From contig JBHLNT010000057.1 in NCBI GenBank assembly GCA_048941265.1, positions 1 through 24,176 of the forward strand: 24,176 nt of DNA, written 5' to 3'. Position numbers and translations under genes: made by a program. Positions within the stretch are counted from its first letter, which is position 1. Every line of letters begins with the position of its first letter. A model generated the notes under the pieces. The model saw only the letters and a list, made by a program, of their open reading frames with translations. It ran no database searches and was not told the origin of the DNA. Below are positions 1 to 8,987 of this stretch, one piece after another. The stretch comes from Promethearchaeota archaeon (GTDB taxonomy: Archaea; Asgardarchaeota; Lokiarchaeia; Sigyniarchaeales; SOKP01).

Positions 1-1545
1 GCTGGACCAGGGGGATACCATTCAGCCATTCGAGCAGCTCAATATGATGCTAGGGTTGCTCTCATTGAAAAGGACAGAGTGGGAGGGACATGTTTAAATA
101 GGGGTTGTATCCCAACTAAAGTTTTATTTAGTTCTGCGAAATTGATTGAAAATATTGAACAAAATGCCAAAAATTTTGGAGTCGATATTGTAGGGGAAGT
201 GAAACCTAATTTTGAAAATGCGGTTAATAGGAAAAACTTAATTGTAAATGAGTTGATATCTGGTATTGAAGCACTCATAAAACAAAGAAAAATCGATTTG
301 TTTTACGGATTTGGGAATATAATCAGGGGTTCTATAGATAAGGGCTTTGAGATTGGTATAGAAGGGAAAGATATTAAAAAAATCAAAGCAAAGCGTATAA
401 TTATCGCAACAGGGTCAAAACCAGCAATAATTCCATCATTCAATATTGACCATAAGTATGTTTTAACTAGTGATGATATTTTATCATCACAATTTAAGAC
501 AATTCCAAATACTTTATTAATTATTGGTGGAGGTGTTATTGGTTGTGAATTTGCGAATATATTTAGACATTTTGGTTCAAAAATAATAATGTTAGAATAC
601 TTACCATCAATTCTAGCTGCCGAAGAAACTTTAGTTGTTCGTGAGTTAAAAAAAAAATTTAATATGTTAGGGATCAAAATTCATGAAAATCAAAATGTAT
701 TAAAAATTGAAATTTGTAATTCAAAAGTAAGAGCTATAACTTGTAATTCTAACATTCCTCCTGAACAAATCGATTCTACTGAGAAAAATGTTTTTGAGGC
801 TGATCTTTGCCTTGTAACTATTGGAAGATCTTTCTGTACTGAAAGGTTAGGTCTTGAAAATACCAAAATAGAATTGGACAAAAGAAGAATCGTTGTAAAT
901 CCCGCAACATTAGAAACTGCTGAAAGAGGGATTTACGCAATAGGAGATGCTACAGGGGGATTGCTTTTGGCTCATGTAGCTAGTTATGAGGGAGACATCG
1001 CTGTTTTCAATTCCTTGAGCAGTATTGGTGGATTCGATACATTTCCTGTTGAAACAGATTATTTAGTCATTCCATATGCCATATTCACTTCCTATGAAAT
1101 TGCTTCGGTAGGATTTAAATCAAAATTTCTTGAGGATAGAGATGTAAAAATTAGAACAGGACGATTCGGTTATGCTTCCTTAGGTAAAGCAAAATGTATG
1201 GGAGAAAAAGAAGGATTTTTAATGATAATTGTCGATGATGAATCCGATGAAATATTGGGTGCTTCTTGTATTGGAGTGGCCGCACCTGAATTAATCGCAG
1301 AACTTGCTCTTGCTATGAATAATGGTTTAAAAATTCAAGAAATAACGGATACAATTCATAGTCATCCTACATTATCCGAACTGGTATTAGAAGCTGCTGA
1401 AGATGTTGATGGTTTATCAATACATCGTGCAAGACGTCGTATTAAGCAAAAAATAGATTTGAAAGAAGATATGATACGACACTTCGCGAAAAGCGAGAGA
1501 TTAAAAAAATATGGATTAATTAAATTAAAGATGCCATCAGTATAA
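1..1545 (+). CDS. lpdA: Dihydrolipoamide dehydrogenase (E3), 5'-truncated by the window edge
   Basis: Frame is open from base 1 (AGPGGYHSAIRAAQ...LIEKDRVGGTCLNRGCIP), so the ORF-track start at 79 is internal. Motifs: end of the FAD-binding GxGxxG, redox disulfide GGTCLNRGCIP, IATGS, NAD-binding IIGGGVIGCE, YAIGD and C-terminal HPTLSE. Confidence 0.95.
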   Translation, partial: AGPGGYHSAIRAAQYDARVALIEKDRVGGTCLNRGCIPTKVLFSSAKLIENIEQNAKNFGVDIVGEVKPNFENAVNRKNLIVNELISGIEALIKQRKIDLFYGFGNIIRGSIDKGFEIGIEGKDIKKIKAKRIIIATGSKPAIIPSFNIDHKYVLTSDDILSSQFKTIPNTLLIIGGGVIGCEFANIFRHFGSKIIMLEYLPSILAAEETLVVRELKKKFNMLGIKIHENQNVLKIEICNSKVRAITCNSNIPPEQIDSTEKNVFEADLCLVTIGRSFCTERLGLENTKIELDKRRIVVNPATLETAERGIYAIGDATGGLLLAHVASYEGDIAVFNSLSSIGGFDTFPVETDYLVIPYAIFTSYEIASVGFKSKFLEDRDVKIRTGRFGYASLGKAKCMGEKEGFLMIIVDDESDEILGASCIGVAAPELIAELALAMNNGLKIQEITDTIHSHPTLSELVLEAAEDVDGLSIHRARRRIKQKIDLKEDMIRHFAKSERLKKYGLIKLKMPSV

Positions 1546-1636
1546 AGGCTTGACACTTCAAGAGATATATGTATAGAATAGAATTAAATTGTTTGAAATA
1601 ATTAAAAGTAAATAAAAAAAAGTTGGAATTAGATTT

Positions 1637-2371
1637 TTAGTCAACTGGAGACACTTTATAGTTTACAAAAATCAGAATGAAAAACACAGCAGCAGGAGGA
1701 AGAAATAATAGAGTAATGATTCCAGTTATTTCATGTATTCTATAGAATATTTCAAGCATAATCACTCCGATATTAACTATAAACGCTCCCGTTAAGGCCA
1801 TAATGTAGCTTGGTTTTTCGAAAATTTTCCATGTCGTGAACCCATAAAGCATCAATCCTCCTATGATAATTATTATTGCCCATATTGGTACTTGAGCGCT
1901 CTGAAACAACTCTGGTTCCCTAATCGCAGCCTCAACCATTAAAAAGAATAATGATCCCGAAAATAGCATTAACGATAAATTCAATGCTCTACGATTTTCC
2001 AAATCCTCTCGGCTGTAATAAAAAGCGATAATCATCATAATAAAAAACGTAGCTGTAGGATATATTATATATATGCTAACCCAACTTGCCCAATAAGGTT
2101 CCATCAGAGCAAAAAAAGAAATTATCAGCATTTCACCTATAATAACGACAATAGTTCCTATTAATTCCATTTTAAAGCCTTCTACAAGGAACATTCCTAA
2201 AACGTACACTACTAAGCCCGCTAATATTATATAAATCCCATAAATCCATAAATTCTCTGGAGTAGGTGGAAATACTATTACTATGTTTATTAGGATAATA
2301 ATAAAAACTATTATATTCGCAATTCCAGTATAAAGCAAAACTTTTCTTTTATCAATATTCATTTTCTTCAC
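1637..2371 (-). CDS. Uncharacterised polytopic membrane protein (~8 TM, two internal repeats)
   Basis: 244-aa ORF made almost entirely of hydrophobic segments with short loops. GTG start at 2371 or ATG at 2362. No family recognised. Confidence 0.8.
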   Translation of the reverse strand: MKKMNIDKRKVLLYTGIANIIVFIIILINIVIVFPPTPENLWIYGIYIILAGLVVYVLGMFLVEGFKMELIGTIVVIIGEMLIISFFALMEPYWASWVSIYIIYPTATFFIMMIIAFYYSREDLENRRALNLSLMLFSGSLFFLMVEAAIREPELFQSAQVPIWAIIIIIGGLMLYGFTTWKIFEKPSYIMALTGAFIVNIGVIMLEIFYRIHEITGIITLLFLPPAAVFFILIFVNYKVSPVD

Positions 2372-2527
2372 TAAGATGGATTAATTACTAATAATAGAAA
2401 TATTTAGATAATTAATTTAAAAAATTTTTGATTATAAATTTGAATTTAAATTTAGCTTATTCAAAAACTATAATAATTATTTATTAAATACCTATTAAAG
2501 CTTTATCTCGTACTCTCTTGTTATTAT

Positions 2528-3592
2528 TTATAGCCACTTTTTTCTCTTAAAGAATAAAATCATTACTATTGCTATAATAGCCATAACTACTATTAATATT
2601 GGATAAGCAGCGGGAACTTTTAGCTCAGGCATATATAAAAAGTTCATTCCATAAAAACCAGCTAGAAATGATAATGGAATAAAAATTGTCGAAATAATTG
2701 TCAACACTTTCATAATTTCATTCATCTTATTACTGACACTTGAAAGGTACATATCAAGCATACCTGATATTATATCTCGGTAATCTTGCATAGAATCATA
2801 AATCCGAAAGATATGATCGTAAATATCTCTAAAATAGATTCCCAACTCATCTCCGATAAGGGGAGATTGTTCACGCTGTAATTTATTGATAACTTCTCGC
2901 AAAGGCCATACCGATTTACGTAATTCAGTTACTTCTCTTTTTAATTTATAAATTGTTTGTAGAGTTTCAATCTGAGGGGCTTCTATTAACTCCTCTTCTA
3001 TTTCTTCTATAATCTCTCCTATATTCTCTTGAACAATAAAGTAATTATCAATAATTATATCAATTAAGGCATAAATTAAATAATCTGCTCCCTTAACACG
3101 AACTCTTCCCATGGGTGTGGTTATTCTTTCTCTGATCGATTTAAACAATTCAGTATCTTTTTCTTGAATTGAAATAACCCAATTTGGACCTAAAATCAAA
3201 CTTACTTGTTCAGTTGAGAATTCTCTGTTTTCATTCCAAATTAGTTTTTTCAAGACAATATAAATATATTCTTTGAAATCCTCAAATTTAGGGCGTTGAT
3301 AAGGATGAACAATATCTTCCAATACAAGAGGATGGAGATTAAACTGCTGACCAATCTCTCTTATAATTTTAGTTTTATGGATTCCAAGAATATTAATCCA
3401 TCTAATGAATGAATCTTTGATATCTGACAGATCTTCATCTATTTGTTTAATTTCTTTTACACGATATTCATCTTCATTATAGTCAATTATTTTAATTATA
3501 GTTTCTAATTCTATGGCTTCTTCCGTATATATAATTGTTCCTGGAGGAAGACCTACTTTTCGAGAACTTTTAGTTAACCGTTTTCTTATCAT
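2528..3592 (-). CDS. corA: Magnesium/cobalt transporter CorA
   Basis: GLPPGT N-terminus, LHPLVLEDI and QRPK motifs, two C-terminal TM helices with the signature YGMNF, and the basic tail FKRKKWL. Confidence 0.96.
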   Translation of the reverse strand: MIRKRLTKSSRKVGLPPGTIIYTEEAIELETIIKIIDYNEDEYRVKEIKQIDEDLSDIKDSFIRWINILGIHKTKIIREIGQQFNLHPLVLEDIVHPYQRPKFEDFKEYIYIVLKKLIWNENREFSTEQVSLILGPNWVISIQEKDTELFKSIRERITTPMGRVRVKGADYLIYALIDIIIDNYFIVQENIGEIIEEIEEELIEAPQIETLQTIYKLKREVTELRKSVWPLREVINKLQREQSPLIGDELGIYFRDIYDHIFRIYDSMQDYRDIISGMLDMYLSSVSNKMNEIMKVLTIISTIFIPLSFLAGFYGMNFLYMPELKVPAAYPILIVVMAIIAIVMILFFKRKKWL

Positions 3593-3740
3593 AATTTTAT
3601 CTTTTTTTACTTTTAAATTGGTTTAAAACCTATTAATTACTTATTCCTAACTTTAATAAAATTTTCGATAGAGTATTTTATTTAGTTAATTTATAAGCAA
3701 TTAGTTAAAGTTTTAAAAATACTAATAAATTAAATTTCAT

Positions 3741-4673
3741 ATGAGGAAATCTTTAAAGATTTTATTTGAATTAATAATTTTCATAATAATTGTAGGAATC
3801 GGATACTGGGTATATTTTTATTCTGGATTAAATCAGTTCCTAATTAACTTAATACTCATAAATATCTTTGTTTATTTGCTGAGAACCATTTTAATAGGAT
3901 TATCAAATATAATAGTTAAATCAAGATATTTTAGATATACCTTTGCTCTTATAGTTAATGTTATTTGGGTAGCATTTATTTTTTCTTTGCTACTGTTCAT
4001 ATCGCCAACTTTTACCATTGCAATCATCTCATTCCTCTTAATAGCAATTTCATTAACCTTCTCTGATATTATAAATAATATTGCTTCCGGAATAATTTTG
4101 ATTTCAAAAGAAGATGTTGAAATAGGTGATTTAGTCGAGATAAACAATATCCAAGGAATTGTCCAAGAAATTAATTTAAATTACACTATAATAAAGGAAT
4201 TGGATGGTGTCTTAACATACATTCCAAATAAAAATGTGTATAATGCATCGGTAGTAAAATTTACCCATAGGAGAGTAAAGGAGTTAGAATTGTTCAAAGA
4301 TAGAAAAGATATAAAAAAGAATATCAAAGAGTTTAGTAAATTAATAACTAAAGGAGAGAGAAGGACAATTTTTACTAAAAGTGTTGAGATTCTCTCAACA
4401 ATAAATCCTGAGAATCTCGATAATCTCCTCTCCCCAGTGTTTGATAAATATGAGCATCTTTTTGGGCAAAGACCAGATTATTTAGTCGATACAACTACAT
4501 TTGATCGTTTAAGGATAATCTTAGTAATAATGGCAAAATCTCCTAATTTGGTTTTAGAATATATTGATGCCTTCTTAAGAGATATTCTATATAAATTATA
4601 TCCAAATGAAATTTTCATAGGGTGGAGATTTGGTGAGCAGAGTAATAGTAAAACAAATATAGGTGGTGAATAA
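3741..4673 (+). CDS. MscS-family mechanosensitive channel protein (paralog 1)
   Basis: N-terminal TM helices, then NNIASG and the MscS middle beta-domain pattern IGDLVEINNIQGIVQEINLNYTIIKELDGVLTYIPN. Confidence 0.88.
   Translation: MRKSLKILFELIIFIIIVGIGYWVYFYSGLNQFLINLILINIFVYLLRTILIGLSNIIVKSRYFRYTFALIVNVIWVAFIFSLLLFISPTFTIAIISFLLIAISLTFSDIINNIASGIILISKEDVEIGDLVEINNIQGIVQEINLNYTIIKELDGVLTYIPNKNVYNASVVKFTHRRVKELELFKDRKDIKKNIKEFSKLITKGERRTIFTKSVEILSTINPENLDNLLSPVFDKYEHLFGQRPDYLVDTTTFDRLRIILVIMAKSPNLVLEYIDAFLRDILYKLYPNEIFIGWRFGEQSNSKTNIGGE
4662..4669 (+). promoter_or_regulatory. Shine-Dalgarno-like GGTGGTGA coupling the two MscS genes
   Basis: Lies in the last codons of paralog 1, 9 nt upstream of the ATG at 4679. 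GGTGA is the common archaeal SD core. Confidence 0.55.
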
Positions 4674-4678
4674 AAGAA

Positions 4679-5554
4679 ATGGCAATATTTATCACCGATT
4701 TTGAAGCTGCTGTATATATTATAATTATTGGTATTATTTTATATATCCTAAATAAAATGGTATTTTTTATTCTTTCTCGAATAAGAAGAGTCTCGGCTAA
4801 ACAAGAAAATAAAATTGGCTTTGTTCTGAGTTTAATATCATTTATTATCATTGTATATCTTATTATAGAGGGATTTCCCGCTTTTGAGATGATCGATCCG
4901 ACTTATGCAGCAATCCTAACCGGTGCAATTAGTACCTCCTTAGCATTTGCTTCCCGAGGTATTTTTTCTAATATTGTTTCCGGAGTCGTGCTTATGATAA
5001 TTAGTCCAGCTGATGTAGGTGATATAGTTAAAATTAAGGGAATTAAGGGAATTATTCGACAAATAACTCTAACAAATGTAATAATTGAAACATTTGAGGG
5101 ATTAATTGTACAAATATCTAACACAGAAATAATCAATTCTACTATTATAAATTATACTAAGAGAATAGGACGAATAAAAGATTTCGAGGCATTTAAAAGA
5201 GAAGTAGCATCCCCTCAAGTTACTGGATTAGCCCGGATTGAAGAAGTCGATAAAAATTATCTAAGAAAAATGTTCGATGAAGCATCAAAAACACGTAATC
5301 CCATTATTCATAAATACACTTTTAAAATGGAATTTTCGTATAAAGCTTTTCGTTCCAAATTAGCCGAAGTGGAAAACTTATGTGTTAAATATAGAGAAGT
5401 TTTTGGTGCTAAGCCATGGTATGGTATTGTTGATTTCGGAAATAAAATTATGGTTAAATTCAGTATTTTAACATTAGACTCAACGACAATTATCAATGAC
5501 CAACCTAAATTCGCTAAGGACCTGTATAAAATCATTTTTCGACAAGGTAATTAA
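4679..5554 (+). CDS. MscS-family mechanosensitive channel protein (paralog 2)
   Basis: Three TM segments, SNIVSG, and the beta-domain pattern VGDIVKIKGIKGIIRQITLTNVIIETFEGLIVQISN...INYT. Starts 5 nt after paralog 1. Confidence 0.88.
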   Translation: MAIFITDFEAAVYIIIIGIILYILNKMVFFILSRIRRVSAKQENKIGFVLSLISFIIIVYLIIEGFPAFEMIDPTYAAILTGAISTSLAFASRGIFSNIVSGVVLMIISPADVGDIVKIKGIKGIIRQITLTNVIIETFEGLIVQISNTEIINSTIINYTKRIGRIKDFEAFKREVASPQVTGLARIEEVDKNYLRKMFDEASKTRNPIIHKYTFKMEFSYKAFRSKLAEVENLCVKYREVFGAKPWYGIVDFGNKIMVKFSILTLDSTTIINDQPKFAKDLYKIIFRQGN

Positions 5555-5593
5555 TTTACTAATTATTTTTAATCAGATGATTTTTCTTAATTA

Positions 5594-6694
5594 TCATACG
5601 AGGAATTTACCTTTTTCATAAATTAAATTTCCGTCAGCAAAAATTTGTCCTTCTTCTCGCATATCGCAGAGACAATCCCAATGTATTGCGCTACGATTCT
5701 CACTTCCAGTCTCAGGCCAACCATTCCCCAATGCCATGTGTATTGTACCTCCGATTTTTTCATCAAATAACATATTTTTAACAAATTTTTTCATGTTATA
5801 ATTGGTAGCAAATGCCAATTCTCCAACTCGTTCAGCTCCGGGTATTTTAAGAATAGTTTCTAAGAGTTCTTGACCCTTTTTTGCTGTTCCTTTTATAACT
5901 TTCCCATTTTTAAACTTTAAAACTATTCCTTCAATTTCCCTTGATTGATAGATACCCGGAAATGAAAAGCTAATCTGACCGTTAATAGAATTTTCGACAG
6001 GACCAGTAAATATTTCTCCATCCGGCAAATTTTTCTTTCCATTACAATTTTCCCATTTCCTTCCCTTGACAGACATTTTTATATCCGTGCCTTCTCCAAC
6101 AATATGGATTTCATCAATTTTTTCTAAAAAATTACAATACTTTTGTTGATCTTGCGAAACTTTCTTCCATTCATCAATAGGGTTATCTTTATGAAGTAAA
6201 CATGTTTTTTCAATAAGATCAGCAAATTCTTCCTGACTCATGCTCGCTTCCTGAGCCATACCGATAGTAGGATAAGGTAAAACGACCCATTTTAATTCTC
6301 CAGTACCTTGTCTCCCGAAAAATGTCTTCCAAAATTCTGCTTGTGCAAGCTGAGCCCTCTGAATTCTTTTTGGATCGATATTAGAAAGTTCTCGTGTATT
6401 TGTAAGCCCTCGGATCCGAATAGCAATGTCGAAATTTTTGATATAATATAATTCAAAAGGATTTGAATAATCCAGTTGATGATCTTGAGCTTCTTTATAG
6501 AAAATAAAATCTTGCCCCGGAACCATGATATTGGTCATAGGATGACCACCAGCACGAAGAACTTCCCTATAAATTTCATTCATTAGCGGTATTGTTTCGG
6601 CAGAACCCTGAATTAACACAGATTCACCTTTTTGAACCTCGACGCTATAATTTACACATAATTTAGCCTGCTTAGATAAAAACCTGAATGTCAT
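5594..6694 (-). CDS. Aminopeptidase, peptidase family M29 (aminopeptidase II/AmpS type)
   Basis: M29 metal-binding motifs NLPDGEIFTGP, VGELA, LFDEKIGGTIHMALG and NRSAIHWD. ATG at 6694 preferred over TTG at 6715. Confidence 0.92.
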   Translation of the reverse strand: MTFRFLSKQAKLCVNYSVEVQKGESVLIQGSAETIPLMNEIYREVLRAGGHPMTNIMVPGQDFIFYKEAQDHQLDYSNPFELYYIKNFDIAIRIRGLTNTRELSNIDPKRIQRAQLAQAEFWKTFFGRQGTGELKWVVLPYPTIGMAQEASMSQEEFADLIEKTCLLHKDNPIDEWKKVSQDQQKYCNFLEKIDEIHIVGEGTDIKMSVKGRKWENCNGKKNLPDGEIFTGPVENSINGQISFSFPGIYQSREIEGIVLKFKNGKVIKGTAKKGQELLETILKIPGAERVGELAFATNYNMKKFVKNMLFDEKIGGTIHMALGNGWPETGSENRSAIHWDCLCDMREEGQIFADGNLIYEKGKFLV

Positions 6695-6835
6695 CTTTTT
6701 CCTAACCTTTTTCAATTTGATATTTGATTTTATTAATGATTTAACTCTTAATTCAATAATGTAATATATATTATTTCATTATATACTGCTTAAATTTCTT
6801 CTTGAATTGTTTTTTAAAATAATATAGAATTAGAA

Positions 6836-6931
6836 CTATAATCCTAATTCTCTTAATTTGGCTTTAATTTCTGCGGACTTTTGAGAAGTGATGTCATATA
6901 ATCTCCAAAAAATTAATGTTCCAATCGCCAT
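6836..6931 (-). pseudogene. C-terminal remnant of an MFS/GPH-type (MelB-like) sugar transporter
   Basis: Manual translation gives MAIGTLIFWRLYDITSQKSAEIKAKLRELGL*. This resembles the last TM helix plus the Y-x-(I/L)-T amphipathic tail of glycoside-pentoside-hexuronide transporters. An in-frame TGA lies at 6935-6937 and no upstream gene body is present. Not in the ORF track (31 aa). Confidence 0.6.
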
Positions 6932-6955
6932 AAATCATACGGAAACGTATGATTT
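6932..6955. repeat. Perfect 10-bp inverted repeat with GAAA tetraloop
   Basis: AAATCATACG-GAAA-CGTATGATTT, read directly from the sequence. Confidence 0.85.
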
Positions 6956-7120
6956 GAGAATTTCATCGATTTTATCTTAATTTCAATTGATAAATTGAAA
7001 TCGTCAATCGCTCTTTAGATTGTGTAGTTAATGTAGACCTTAATTTAATTAAAGTCCAATAATAAGTTTACTTTTTACCAGTTATACGAGCCAGTTCCTA
7101 ATGTAATCTTTTTTAAAAGT

Positions 7121-8836
7121 CTATAGAGGCGCTAGAGATTTCTCTTTCTTTTCTAATTCCATCTCTCTTAACTTTCTTCGAAAAATTTTTCCTATAGGAG
7201 TTCTTGGTAATGATTTTATGAACTCCACTTGACGCGGATATTTATATGCTGCCAATTTATCTTTTGACCACTCAATGATCTCACGTTCGGTAATATTTTC
7301 ATCCTTATAATCTTTTTTAAGCACGATAAAAGCCTTGATCGTTTCTCCTATGTTCGGATCTGGCACACCAATTACACCTGCTTCTAGAATTGCTGGATGT
7401 TCCATCAATTTTTCTTCGACTTCTTTTGCCATTACTTTATATGACTTATATTTAATCATATCTTTTGTGCGTCCTTCGATATAAAAATAGCCATTTTCAT
7501 CCATTCTGCCCAGATCACCTGTTCTTAACCATCCATTTACAACATCTTTAGCCGTTTCTTCTGGTCTATTCCAGTATCCTTTCATTACTTGAGGCCCTTT
7601 AATTAAAATCTCACCTATCTCTCCTGATTTAAGTTCTTCTAAGGTTTCTGGATTTGCAATAATAACATCTGTGTCTATAACTGGTACTCCTATACTTTCG
7701 GGATTAATCTCTGGCAACCAAGGTAATGAACCATGGGACATCATTGTTACTTCGGTAAGTCCATATGCTTGACCAACTTTAATGCCTACAACTTCTTCCC
7801 ATCTTCTGGCTAAATCTGGAGCAAGTGCTGCTGAACCAGAGGTTGCAACCTCTATACAAGATAAGTCTCGTTCCGTAAAGTCAGGATGATTGATTACCAT
7901 TTGAAACATGACAGGAACAGCCACAAAGACTTTAATACGATATTGTTCAATTGCTTCCATAACATCAGCTGGATCAAAAGGCAACATCAAGAGCATCCAA
8001 GCTAGATATAACATTATGTTTAAAACAGTAAATCCCATAGCATGGCATAGCGGTAAAACACAAAGATTTACTTCATTACCTAAGCTCTCTTCCATTGCTT
8101 CAAAAGTGTCGTTATTCGCAATAATAGCTTGAAGTGCGTTAAAAACTAAATTATTATGAGTCAACATTACCCCTTTCGGTAGGCCTGTAGTACCTCCTGT
8201 AAATAACAATGCCGCAATATCATTAACAGGATCAATATCCACATCTGGAGGTTTTGGTGCTTTATCATTAATGAAATCATCAAGGACAATAGCATCATCT
8301 TTTGACGTGTCAGTTGCAATTAAAATTATATGGGGTACTTCTATTTTTTGTCTTGTTTTTTTAATTATTCTATAATTGGCTTTATGAGCAAAAATCACTT
8401 TAATAATTCCTGTTTCACGAACTATATGTATTACATCTGATTCTGTTAGAAGAGGATTGATAGGTACTAATATAGCTCCTGTTTCTAAAACTCCTAAATA
8501 GCAAAATAAAAATTCAGGACAATTTCCAGACATTATCCCAACAGCATCCCCTTTCCCAACGCCTAATTCGTGTAACGCATTTGCAATCCGATCAGCGTAA
8601 TACCCTAATTCCCGATAAGTATATTTCTTATCTGATGCTTTATCATAAACACACACATTATTAGGATATTTATTAATTGCTGTTTTAATAAACTCATGAA
8701 CTGGGATAGGTTCAAAACGTAATGATTTTCCTACTTCTGGAGTTCGATGTTTAAACCAAGGTCTATTTGGATTCACCCACTGCGACTCGTGCTCATAATC
8801 TAACACTGGTTTCCATTCTGAATAATCTTTCATCAT
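7121..8836 (-). CDS. fadD: Long-chain-fatty-acid--CoA ligase (AMP-forming, ANL superfamily)
   Basis: AMP-binding P-loop LFTGGTTGLPKG, QAYGLTE, GWLRTGDLG, hinge GRTKDMI, and catalytic lysine region PRTPIGKI. Confidence 0.92.
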   Translation of the reverse strand: MMKDYSEWKPVLDYEHESQWVNPNRPWFKHRTPEVGKSLRFEPIPVHEFIKTAINKYPNNVCVYDKASDKKYTYRELGYYADRIANALHELGVGKGDAVGIMSGNCPEFLFCYLGVLETGAILVPINPLLTESDVIHIVRETGIIKVIFAHKANYRIIKKTRQKIEVPHIILIATDTSKDDAIVLDDFINDKAPKPPDVDIDPVNDIAALLFTGGTTGLPKGVMLTHNNLVFNALQAIIANNDTFEAMEESLGNEVNLCVLPLCHAMGFTVLNIMLYLAWMLLMLPFDPADVMEAIEQYRIKVFVAVPVMFQMVINHPDFTERDLSCIEVATSGSAALAPDLARRWEEVVGIKVGQAYGLTEVTMMSHGSLPWLPEINPESIGVPVIDTDVIIANPETLEELKSGEIGEILIKGPQVMKGYWNRPEETAKDVVNGWLRTGDLGRMDENGYFYIEGRTKDMIKYKSYKVMAKEVEEKLMEHPAILEAGVIGVPDPNIGETIKAFIVLKKDYKDENITEREIIEWSKDKLAAYKYPRQVEFIKSLPRTPIGKIFRRKLREMELEKKEKSLAPL

Positions 8837-8987
8837 ATTTTCGTCTAAAAATTGCTAAGGTAGAGAATAGAATATTATACTAATAAATATTTTGCAAATC
8901 GAAAAAAAACCTAAAAGAATTAGTGAAATTGATCTTTTTAGAAGTGATTAGAAATAAATTTATGTTTTTAAATTCTATATTTAATTC

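Noticed and set aside
39-1556. Short minus-strand ORFs 39-278, 303-677, 690-881 and 1362-1556
   Set aside because: Antisense shadows of lpdA with no motifs.
3620-3630. GGTTTAAAACC dyad upstream of corA
   Set aside because: Only 5-bp arms, not distinguishable from background.
3872-5535. Minus-strand ORFs inside the MscS pair
   Set aside because: Antisense shadows of well-supported genes.
6935-6979. Selenocysteine or read-through of the TGA inside the hairpin, extending the transporter remnant
   Set aside because: The frame hits TAA at 6977-6979 after 13 codons with no start codon or transporter-like sequence.
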